Shown here one piece after another: positions 39,023-47,474 of a stretch of 64,000 nucleotides of DNA; the stretch's first letter is position 1, and every line of letters begins with the position of its first letter. The stretch is taken from positions 90,584-154,583 of the forward strand of contig JAQURX010000001.1 of the NCBI GenBank assembly GCA_028715415.1. Reading direction: 5' to 3'. The position numbers were made by a program, and so were the translations under genes. This stretch comes from Candidatus Omnitrophota bacterium (GTDB lineage Bacteria > Omnitrophota > Gorgyraeia > Gygaellales > Profunditerraquicolaceae). The notes under the pieces are model-generated. The model saw only the letters and a list, made by a program, of their open reading frames with translations, did not search any database and was not told where the DNA came from.

Positions 39023-40903
39023 ATGCTGAAGAATAAAAACATAATTTGTATTTCGTCTATAGATTGGGATTTCGTTTGGCAGGGTCATCAGGAGATTATG
39101 TCCCGGCTTGCGAGAAATGGTAACAGGATACTTTTTGTAGAGAATACTGGTGTTCGTTCTCCCGGAATCCGTGATTTTTCCCGTATTAGGAGCAGAATAA
39201 AAAGTTGGTTTAAAGGTATTAGTGGGATACGGCAAGAAAAAGAAAACCTTTTTATTTGTTCTCCGATTCTTTTACCTTTTCCGTATTTAAGGTTAGCGCG
39301 TTGGATTAATTCCAAACTTTTTCTTTCTAAGCTGAGAAGATGGATAAAACTGATGAATTTTGAAAAACCGATTATCTGGGTTTTTCTTCCTACTCCTTTA
39401 ACCTTGGATATTATAGAGAATATTAATTCTGAATTAGTTGTATATTATTGCATTGATAATTTTCGCGTTAGTTCTCCTGCCGCGTCAAAAATTAAAAATT
39501 CAGAAATTAAACTTATCAAAAAAGCTGACCTTGTTTTTGTTACTTCTCGGGAATTATTTAATTATTGTTCACAGTTTAATCCGAAAGTATACTTTTTCCC
39601 TTTTGGAGTTAATTATGAGTATTTTGAAAGTGTTAGAGATAAAAGAAATATTAATTTTGAAGCATTGAAGAATATACCAAGGCCTGTGATTGGCTATATT
39701 GGAGGCATACATAAATGGATTGATTTTAAACTTATCAGAGAAGTGGCTGAGAGAATGCCTGGTTGCTCTTTTGTTCTTGTTGGTCCGATTCAGGCCGATA
39801 TATCAAATCTAAATGGGATTAAAAATATCTATTTACTTGGGAAAAAGGAACACTCAGAAATACCGTTTTTTATTAAGGAATTTGATGTTTGTATTATTCC
39901 TTATTTGATAACCGATTATACAAAGAACGTTTATCCTACCAAACTGAATGAATATTTAGCTTTTGGGAAACCGGTTATTTCTACTGTTTTACCCGAAGTG
40001 TTGGCTTATAATGAAGAAAATGGATCTGTTGTAGATGTAGCAGTAAGCGCGGAAGAATTTATTAAGTCAATACAGGATTATATGAAACCCCAAGAAGAAA
40101 AAGCCAAAGCTGCGAGTATCCGGAAACGCATAGATTGTTCGCAAAGAAATGGATGGGCGCAAAGGATTGAAAATATGAGTGTGCTTATCAACGACTTAGT
40201 AATAAAGAAAGAACTCTTGCATCCTGTTTGGAGCGAAGAGCTGTTATTAACCCTGAAGCGCACCCGGAAAAGGTTATTCAAATTTTTCTTGGCAGGGGTT
40301 TTTCTTTTTTATCTTCTATTTTACACTCCTCTTGTATGGTTTCTTGCTGAGCCTTTAAAGATTTCACAATCTCCTGAGAAATCTGATTGTATTGTAGTTT
40401 TTGCTGGTGGAGTGGGAGAGTCGGGAAGGGCTTTGCAGGGGTATGAAGAAAGAGTTGAGCATGCTGTAAAATTATATAAAAGTGGTTTTGCTCCTTATAT
40501 TATTTTTTCTTCCGGTTATCAATTCTATTTTAAAGAACCAGATATCATGAAAGCACTTGCTGTTTCACTTGGGGTCCCTGCAGAAAATATTATTATTGAG
40601 GAAAAAGCAAATAATACGTATAAAAATGTGCTATACTGTAAGAAAATATTGAATCAAAAAGGTTGGCATAAGATTTTACTCGTAAGTGCCCCATACCATA
40701 TGAAACGAGTTTCGCTTGTTGTGAATAAGATTGCTCCTGATCTTAAGGTAATATTTGTTCCTATGCCTAATAGTGGTTTTTATAGGCATAACGATTTTTC
40801 AATTATGCATCCTAACGAAAGACAGCTTAGCGTTATACAATTTAAATCTTTTATACATGAATATGTGGCGATAATTGTTTATAAATTGAGAGGATTGATT
40901 TAG
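39023..40903 (+). CDS. Fusion of GT4 glycosyltransferase, TM segment and DUF218 (YdcF/ElyC/SanA-like) domain
   Basis: The N-terminal 400 aa are GT-B like; a hydrophobic helix LFKFFLAGVFLFYLLFYTPLVWFL follows; the C-terminus has CIVVFAGG...YIIFSSGY...ANNTYKN, typical of DUF218. Confidence 0.65.
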   Translation: MLKNKNIICISSIDWDFVWQGHQEIMSRLARNGNRILFVENTGVRSPGIRDFSRIRSRIKSWFKGISGIRQEKENLFICSPILLPFPYLRLARWINSKLFLSKLRRWIKLMNFEKPIIWVFLPTPLTLDIIENINSELVVYYCIDNFRVSSPAASKIKNSEIKLIKKADLVFVTSRELFNYCSQFNPKVYFFPFGVNYEYFESVRDKRNINFEALKNIPRPVIGYIGGIHKWIDFKLIREVAERMPGCSFVLVGPIQADISNLNGIKNIYLLGKKEHSEIPFFIKEFDVCIIPYLITDYTKNVYPTKLNEYLAFGKPVISTVLPEVLAYNEENGSVVDVAVSAEEFIKSIQDYMKPQEEKAKAASIRKRIDCSQRNGWAQRIENMSVLINDLVIKKELLHPVWSEELLLTLKRTRKRLFKFFLAGVFLFYLLFYTPLVWFLAEPLKISQSPEKSDCIVVFAGGVGESGRALQGYEERVEHAVKLYKSGFAPYIIFSSGYQFYFKEPDIMKALAVSLGVPAENIIIEEKANNTYKNVLYCKKILNQKGWHKILLVSAPYHMKRVSLVVNKIAPDLKVIFVPMPNSGFYRHNDFSIMHPNERQLSVIQFKSFIHEYVAIIVYKLRGLI

Positions 40904-40906
40904 GGT

Positions 40907-41743
40907 ATGCTTATGAGGTTAATTGATAAAAACGGTAGATTATTTGGGAAAATAAATATTATAGATTTTCTGATTGTAGTTTTTTTAGTTGCGTCTTCGC
41001 TAGTTATAATCTTAAGGATACAACTTAATCAAAAACTGGGGAAGCAATCCTATGAAGCCAAGGAAGCAGTAGAGATTACTATCCCGGTTAAATTTATTAG
41101 ATTATCAGCTAATGCAGCAGAAAAGTTAAAGGTTGGAAAGAAAGAATTTGATAATAAGGGAACGGCTATTTCTGAAATAACTTGGCTTGGCGGCACCAGT
41201 AGGTATCTGCATACGGTTTTCTTTGATCAGGAAAATAAGAAGCGGATAACTGATGCTCTGTTATTCGAAAGGCCAGCGCGTGTAAAAATAAGAGCTGTTA
41301 TTATTGATAAACATAGCTATTATAAAGGTACTTTAATAAAATATGACTCTTTGCTTTATTTTAATTTTGATAAACAGGTTTATCTTGCAGTCCCTATTAA
41401 TGAAGATGAATCTATGGAGACTAGATTACCTGTTCTTATTCGTTTTAAGAATGTTTCCCCGGAAATAGCCAATAATTTTAAAAATTACTATGAATATAAT
41501 GAATTTGGCAAGGTATCAGGTCGTTTGATTAAGATTGCTTCTAAAAAAATATCACCTAGAACTAGAGCGGATAAAAAGGTGGGTATTCCTCTTAGTTATG
41601 ATATAGATGTTCTTTTTGAATTGTTTTGCACCGAAAAGAATGGAATGTTTATTTATAATACAGCTCCATTGCGTATCGGAAGCATTATTAATTTGACTAC
41701 AAACCTACACATGACCGGGGAGCTTATTGAATTTATAAAATGA
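40907..41743 (+). CDS. DUF4330-like membrane-anchored protein
   Basis: The N-terminus LIDKNGRLFGKINIIDFLIVVFLV matches the conserved start of DUF4330 proteins. Confidence 0.45.
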   Translation: MLMRLIDKNGRLFGKINIIDFLIVVFLVASSLVIILRIQLNQKLGKQSYEAKEAVEITIPVKFIRLSANAAEKLKVGKKEFDNKGTAISEITWLGGTSRYLHTVFFDQENKKRITDALLFERPARVKIRAVIIDKHSYYKGTLIKYDSLLYFNFDKQVYLAVPINEDESMETRLPVLIRFKNVSPEIANNFKNYYEYNEFGKVSGRLIKIASKKISPRTRADKKVGIPLSYDIDVLFELFCTEKNGMFIYNTAPLRIGSIINLTTNLHMTGELIEFIK

Positions 41744-42021
41744 TATCGAGGCGAGTTCTAAAATCCACTTTCTTTATGAGCGCTATTGATAAAAATAAGC
41801 AAGTAATCATTAATGCTTTTAGAAATAGTAAGCTTATCTTAATTTTAATTAGCTGTATAGCAAGCCTGTTTTCTTACGAAAAAAATGAATATTATAAAAA
41901 AAGTTTTTTTTACCAACAGTTTAATTTAATGAAACGCGATTTTTATCTACATTCTAGATTGTTTCTTTTAGGAATTTTAACATTTGTGCTATTGATAATT
42001 ATTGTTTTAAAAGTTAGGTAG
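41740..42021 (+). CDS. Small hypothetical membrane protein
   Basis: 93 aa with two hydrophobic segments; coupled (ATGA overlap) to the upstream gene. Confidence 0.3.
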   Translation: MISRRVLKSTFFMSAIDKNKQVIINAFRNSKLILILISCIASLFSYEKNEYYKKSFFYQQFNLMKRDFYLHSRLFLLGILTFVLLIIIVLKVR

Positions 42022-42057
42022 GAGTATTTTTCGTGATAGGATTTTAGAAATTGGTAC

Positions 42058-42086
42058 TTGCAAACAAGTAGTAACTATATTATTAT
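42058..42086 (+). promoter_or_regulatory. Sigma70-like promoter: -35 TTGCAA (42058-63), 17-bp spacer, -10 TATTAT (42081-86)
   Basis: Located in the 100-bp gap upstream of the epimerase gene; RBS AAAGGA precedes the ATG. Confidence 0.45.
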
Positions 42087-42122
42087 AATCAAGTTAAATT
42101 TTTATAGCTAAAAGGATAATAA

Positions 42123-43094
42123 ATGAAAGTATTAATTACCGGTGGTGCAGGTTTTATTGGTTCGCATCTGACTGAAACTTTGCTCAGTAGCGGAAACAAG
42201 GTTTGTATTTTGGATAATCTTTCAACCGGCAGAATTGAAAATGTTGCAAGTTTTAAAACTAATCCTAATTTAGAGTTGGTTATAGGAACTGTCCTTAATG
42301 AAGTCTTGGTTGATAAATTAGTTGAGCGTTGCGATGTGATTTTCCATTTAGCAGCAGCCGTAGGCGTTGAGCTAATCGTTAAAAAGCCTTTAGAGTCACT
42401 TACGACAAATATAAAAGGAAGCGAGACTGTCCTTGAGATGGCTCACCGCTATAATAAAAAAATACTTATAACTTCGACTTCTGAAATTTATGGGAAGAAT
42501 GTTAATGGCCCGTTAAAGGAAGACGATGATAGAATTCTTGGTTCACCTTTAAAAACTCGCTGGAGTTATTCTACTGCTAAAGCTGTTGATGAAATGTTGG
42601 CTTACGTGTATTGGAAGGAAAAGCAGGTGCCTTCAATCATTGTGCGGCTTTTTAATACTGTTGGCCCGCGCCAAACCGGGTATTATGGTATGGTTATGCC
42701 AAGGTTTATTTCTCAAGCTTTAAAAAAGGAGCCTATTACAGTATACGGAACAGGTAAACAGTCAAGGTGTTTTCTCCATGTTGCAGATGTTGTAAAAGCA
42801 TTAACAAAATTAATTGAAGAGCCGAAAGCAGTAGGAGATGTTTTTAATATTGGCAGTCAAGAGGAGATAACTATAGAAGATTTAGCAAAAAAGATTATTA
42901 AAATTACGAAAAGTAATTCAAAGATAGAGTATATCCCCTATGAAAAAGCATACGAGGAAGGTTTCGAAGACATGCAAAAAAGAATTCCTGATACATCTAA
43001 AATAAATAAACTAATCGGTTTTGAACCAACGCATTCATTATCTGAGATTATTGAAGATATAGTTAACGATCTGAATAATAAAAAGTCTAAGTAG
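42123..43094 (+). CDS. NAD-dependent epimerase/dehydratase (extended SDR; GalE/WbpP-like)
   Basis: VLITGGAGFIGSHL, YSTAKAVDE (YxxxK). Confidence 0.8.
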   Translation: MKVLITGGAGFIGSHLTETLLSSGNKVCILDNLSTGRIENVASFKTNPNLELVIGTVLNEVLVDKLVERCDVIFHLAAAVGVELIVKKPLESLTTNIKGSETVLEMAHRYNKKILITSTSEIYGKNVNGPLKEDDDRILGSPLKTRWSYSTAKAVDEMLAYVYWKEKQVPSIIVRLFNTVGPRQTGYYGMVMPRFISQALKKEPITVYGTGKQSRCFLHVADVVKALTKLIEEPKAVGDVFNIGSQEEITIEDLAKKIIKITKSNSKIEYIPYEKAYEEGFEDMQKRIPDTSKINKLIGFEPTHSLSEIIEDIVNDLNNKKSK

Positions 43095-43118
43095 TTACCT
43101 TCCTTGTTTTAGCGTTAA

Positions 43119-44318
43119 ATGAATAAAATAAAAGTTTTAAGGATAATTGCGAGGCTTAATATCGGCGGGCCTGCAATTCACGTTATTTTGCTTTCTGAAG
43201 GCTTAAATAAAGATCAGTTTGTTTCTTTGTTGGTGAGCGGATCTGTAAGCCCGAATGAAGGCGATATGTCTTATCTTCTTAAAGGCAAAAACATCTCTTT
43301 GTCATTTATCCCCGAATTAAGCCGAGAATTAAATCTTTTAAATGATGCTATTGCGCTTTGGAAAATCTTTAAAATCATAAGAAAAGAAAAGCCGGATATA
43401 ATACATACTCATACTGCCAAGGCCGGGACTCTTGGCAGGTTAGCAGGGATTCTTTTTAATTCCCTGGTTTTAAATCCAAAAGAAAAAATTAAACTTGTAC
43501 ATACTTTTCATGGGAACGTATTAAGCGGATATTTTGGCAGGTTAAAAACTTCTTTATTCTTAGGGATTGAAAGAATATTCGCATTGTTCACTAATAAAAT
43601 AATTACGGTAAGTGAATCAAATAAAAAAGAGCTTATTTCTTTAATGATTTGCAAAGAGGATAAGATTGAAGTTATCAAATTAGGTTTTGAATTGGATAAA
43701 TTTCTAGAAATCAAGCCAAAAGAAGATAAATTCTTAAAAGTAGGTATTGTTGGTAGGCTTGTTCCGGTAAAAAACCATAAGTTATTTATCTATGCCGCTG
43801 CAATTTTGTTAAAGAGTTATCCGGGAAATAATCTTGCTTTTGATGTTGTTGGGGATGGAGAATTATCATTAGAACTTAAAAATCTGGCTTTGGATTTAAA
43901 AATTTCAGAAAAGCTTAATTTTCATGGTTGGAGAAAAGATTTGAATAACGTGTATTCAGATTTAGATATAGTTGCTTTGACTTCAATAAATGAAGGGACT
44001 CCTGTTTCATTGATTGAAGCAATGGCCAGTGGAAGAGCAGTAGTAGCAACTGATGTCGGGGGAGTCAGGGATTTATTAGGAAACAGGATTAATATTGAGA
44101 TCGTTCCCGATGCGAATTTTGAGATTCTTGAGCGTGGAATTATTGTTAAGCCGCAAGACGTGGCTAGTTTTGCAAAAGCACTAATTTTATTATTGCAGAA
44201 TGCGCAGCTAAGAAAAGATCTTGGTAGGCGAGCCAGACATTTTGCTGAAAATGAATTTACTAAAGAAAGACTGGTAAATAATATTGAAAATCTATATAAT
44301 CAATTAATTTGTAAGTAG
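43119..44318 (+). CDS. Glycosyltransferase family 4
   Basis: EGTPVSLIEAMASGRAVVATDVGG. Confidence 0.75.
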   Translation: MNKIKVLRIIARLNIGGPAIHVILLSEGLNKDQFVSLLVSGSVSPNEGDMSYLLKGKNISLSFIPELSRELNLLNDAIALWKIFKIIRKEKPDIIHTHTAKAGTLGRLAGILFNSLVLNPKEKIKLVHTFHGNVLSGYFGRLKTSLFLGIERIFALFTNKIITVSESNKKELISLMICKEDKIEVIKLGFELDKFLEIKPKEDKFLKVGIVGRLVPVKNHKLFIYAAAILLKSYPGNNLAFDVVGDGELSLELKNLALDLKISEKLNFHGWRKDLNNVYSDLDIVALTSINEGTPVSLIEAMASGRAVVATDVGGVRDLLGNRINIEIVPDANFEILERGIIVKPQDVASFAKALILLLQNAQLRKDLGRRARHFAENEFTKERLVNNIENLYNQLICK

Positions 44319-44352
44319 AATTGGTATTTGGTGTGTGGTATAATAAATTATT

Positions 44353-46158
44353 ATGCGAAACGCCACCTTTTTTTTAATCCCTTTTTTCCTTAGTTTATTT
44401 TTTACTCCGATTGTGCGTTTCTTCGCCATGAAGAATGGTTTAATTTCCTATCCTCGTGCTGACCGTTGGCATAAACATCCTACAGCAATCCTTGGTGGTA
44501 TAGCCATATATCTTTCTGTAATTATCTCTTCTTTATTCTTTGGCCTTTTTAACAGAAGTTCTTTCGGTTTTTTTCTGGGTTTAACTTTTTTATTCGCGGT
44601 AGGCCTTATAGACGATAGAATATCTATTCCTCCTTATACTAAGTTATTTATGCAGATTATTGCTGGAGCAATTGCTATTTTCTCAGGCGTTGTTATCGGG
44701 CTTCCTTTGCCAACTTATCTGGTTATTCCTTTAACTTTGCTTTGGATTGTTGGTGTAACTAACTCATTTAATCTTCTTGATAATATTGATGGACTTGCCG
44801 CTGGGATTGCAGCAATTTCAGCCGGAATGATTTTTGTATCTTCTGTAATTTTTTCAAATAATCCTTTCGGTTTTTACGCATTAATCATTTCTGGAGCGGC
44901 TTTGGGATTCTTGCCTTATAATTTTAATCCGGCAAAGATATTTATGGGTGATTGCGGGAGTATGGTTTTAGGGTATTCTTTGGCAGTTATTTCAATCGGG
45001 GGGACAGCTAGGCACATTTCCAATTTGTTAATTACCCTTATCGTTCCGGTTTTAATCTTAAGCGTTCCTATCTTTGATACGCTTTTTGTTATGATTTTAA
45101 GAAAGATACAGAATAGGCCAATATTTGAAGGTGGTAAGGATCATACTTCGCATCATTTAGTTACTTTAGGTCTATCCCAAAAGAAAACAGTATTGGTTTT
45201 ATACGGGATAAGTATTGCTTTTGGCGTGATTGCTATTCTGTTCTCCCAGATTAATTTATTCCTTGCTTCAGTAATTGCGTTTTTAGCTGTAGTAATTTTA
45301 TTATTCTTCGGTCTATTTATCAATGAGGACGTGTCCCGCAAGAATGAATTAAATAGGGTTAGGAAACCAAATGGGTTTGAAAATAAAACATTTATGAATA
45401 CTTTTGTTTATCATAAGCGCAGGATTGTTGAAGTTATTTTGGATTTTGGGCTTATTTGGCTGGCTTATTCTTCTGCATATATGTTAAGATTTGAAGGATC
45501 GATGCTGAATAGTAATTTGCCTTTATTAAAAGATTCCCTTTTAAGTGTTATTTTAATCAAGATGTCGATATTCTTTATCTTTGGGCTTTACCGTGGAGTA
45601 TGGAGATATGTAAGTATTTCTGATTTGTTAACAATATTTAAGGTAGTTAGCTTAGGGTCAATTGCTTCCATACTTTTCATGACTTTTGTGTTCAGGTTTC
45701 ATGAATATTCAAGAGCTGTGTTCTTTTTGGATTGGATTCTTCTTCTGTTTTTAGTTTGCGGAACAAGAATTTTATTTAGAATATTAGGCGAGTTCTTTAG
45801 CCGTAACAGAGGCGCTGGCTGTAATGTCCTGATCTTTGGGGCAGGAGATACAGGAGAGATGGTGATTAGAGAAATCAAGCGCAATAGAGATCTTCATTAT
45901 AAGCCGATTGGATTCATTGATGATAATCCTATTAAAAAAGGTAGTAAAATCCAGGGTTTGCCTGTGTTAGGCACAAGGGAAAAGATTAAATCTTTGGTTA
46001 AAGAAAATGAAATAAAAGAGGTTTTAATTGCGGTTCCTTCTTTGGGTTTAAACGATCTTTCGGAAATCGTGAAAATTTGTAACTCTTGTGGTGTATCTTA
46101 CAGAAAAATAAAAGGTATTTTAGATAAAGAAGAGGGTGATGAGTTTGAAAAAAACTAA
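44353..46158 (+). CDS. Polyprenyl-phosphate HexNAc-1-phosphate transferase (WecA/MraY family) with C-terminal CapD/PglF-N-terminal-like extension
   Basis: VGLIDDRISI and NSFNLLDNIDGLAAG are WecA/MraY motifs; the C-terminal 250 aa carry extra TM helices plus NVLIFGAGDTGEMVIREIKRN...IGFIDDNPIKKG, the Rossmann-like region found at the N-terminus of CapD/WbpM/PglF proteins. Confidence 0.7.
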   Translation: MRNATFFLIPFFLSLFFTPIVRFFAMKNGLISYPRADRWHKHPTAILGGIAIYLSVIISSLFFGLFNRSSFGFFLGLTFLFAVGLIDDRISIPPYTKLFMQIIAGAIAIFSGVVIGLPLPTYLVIPLTLLWIVGVTNSFNLLDNIDGLAAGIAAISAGMIFVSSVIFSNNPFGFYALIISGAALGFLPYNFNPAKIFMGDCGSMVLGYSLAVISIGGTARHISNLLITLIVPVLILSVPIFDTLFVMILRKIQNRPIFEGGKDHTSHHLVTLGLSQKKTVLVLYGISIAFGVIAILFSQINLFLASVIAFLAVVILLFFGLFINEDVSRKNELNRVRKPNGFENKTFMNTFVYHKRRIVEVILDFGLIWLAYSSAYMLRFEGSMLNSNLPLLKDSLLSVILIKMSIFFIFGLYRGVWRYVSISDLLTIFKVVSLGSIASILFMTFVFRFHEYSRAVFFLDWILLLFLVCGTRILFRILGEFFSRNRGAGCNVLIFGAGDTGEMVIREIKRNRDLHYKPIGFIDDNPIKKGSKIQGLPVLGTREKIKSLVKENEIKEVLIAVPSLGLNDLSEIVKICNSCGVSYRKIKGILDKEEGDEFEKN

Positions 46159-47368
46159 GATTGTTAATATATTAGATAGCATTACCGTATTTTCAATTTA
46201 TATCGTTGCATTCCAATTGCCTATTGCAAAAGCAGCAATTGAAATCTTTAGTACTTTGGCAATTGTTTGTTTTATCATTAGAAAGATACTTCAGAGAGAA
46301 GGTCTGGAAAGAAGCGTTATTAATTTACCAATTTTTGCGTATTTAGCTATCTGTTTCTTGTCAATTTTTATAAGCAATAATTTAGGCATTAGCACTAGGA
46401 CCTTCTTTGGGAAGATCTTGCAAGATGTTATGTTTCTTTTTATTGTGGCAGAAACCCTTAATACAGAAGAACGCTTAAAGATTTTTATTTATATTTTTAT
46501 TTCTTCTTCGCTGCTTTTAGGAATTGATGGAATTTACCAGTTTTTCACGCATAAGGATTTTATTCGTAACCGGCCGTATTTCGGTATTCCAAGGATTCAT
46601 GCTACATTTTCATCTGCTAATGACTACGGTTGTTATTTAGCAGCACTGCTTCCTTTTAGTGTTGCTGTTTTCTTTGAGGCCTTGCGAAGAAAAATAAAAT
46701 CTAAATACTTTTTTATAGTTGTTTTTATATTGCTTTTTATTTGTTTAATGCTTACGGTTTCCCGAGGTGCTTGGTTTGCTTTCTTAGGGTCAATTTTATT
46801 GATGAGTATTTGGGTTAAAGCCATTTGGATTATTATGGCAGTAATTGGTATAGTCCTGTTAGTTCTAAACCAGTCTTTTTTCCCTTATCTAAGAGAACGC
46901 TTGAGCAACTTTTTTGTTTTTTCTGACCAAAGCTCTGGAGATAGAAGAATGATGTGGGAAGCTGCTTTTAAAATGTTTTTGTCAAAACCTTGGCTAGGTG
47001 TTGGCATTGGAACGTTCATGTTCAATTTCAAGAATTTTGTTTCTAAAGACTATCCTTTTACAACCCCATATGCTCATAATTGTTATCTTCAGATTGCGTC
47101 TGAAATTGGTATTATTGGGCTATTGGCATTTTTGTTGATATTAGGTGCATTTTTTTATAAAAATATTAAAACGCTTAATTTACGTAGCAATAATTACTCT
47201 TGGTATATTTTATTAGCTACAACTGCTTCTGTGCTGGGCTATTGTGTACAAATGGTAGTTGATACAATTTTTTATTCTTTGGATTTAGGTATATTATTTT
47301 GGCTTCTTCTTGGCTTGGGTATAGCTGCGTCAAGATTAACTATTGGAAAAACTAAGAATATAAACTAA
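46139..47368 (+). CDS. O-antigen ligase/polymerase family protein (Wzy_C domain)
   Basis: Polytopic; the periplasmic loop motif YAHNCYLQIASEIGIIGLLAF is the O-antigen-ligase signature with conserved His. Confidence 0.7.
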   Translation: MSLKKTKIVNILDSITVFSIYIVAFQLPIAKAAIEIFSTLAIVCFIIRKILQREGLERSVINLPIFAYLAICFLSIFISNNLGISTRTFFGKILQDVMFLFIVAETLNTEERLKIFIYIFISSSLLLGIDGIYQFFTHKDFIRNRPYFGIPRIHATFSSANDYGCYLAALLPFSVAVFFEALRRKIKSKYFFIVVFILLFICLMLTVSRGAWFAFLGSILLMSIWVKAIWIIMAVIGIVLLVLNQSFFPYLRERLSNFFVFSDQSSGDRRMMWEAAFKMFLSKPWLGVGIGTFMFNFKNFVSKDYPFTTPYAHNCYLQIASEIGIIGLLAFLLILGAFFYKNIKTLNLRSNNYSWYILLATTASVLGYCVQMVVDTIFYSLDLGILFWLLLGLGIAASRLTIGKTKNIN

Positions 47369-47396
47369 AAAGAATTGAAAGAGCAAAGTTTTACTA

Positions 47397-47434
47397 AGCC
47401 GCTATTTTCCATGAAAAATAGCGGTATTTTTTTT
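47397..47434 (+). terminator. Rho-independent terminator
   Basis: AAGCCGCTATTTTCC-ATG-AAAAATAGCGG gives a stem of about 10 bp, followed by TATTTTTTTTG. Confidence 0.7.
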
Positions 47435-47474
47435 GCAGTCAAGTTTGTTGTGGACTGTGAACTATGGACTAACT

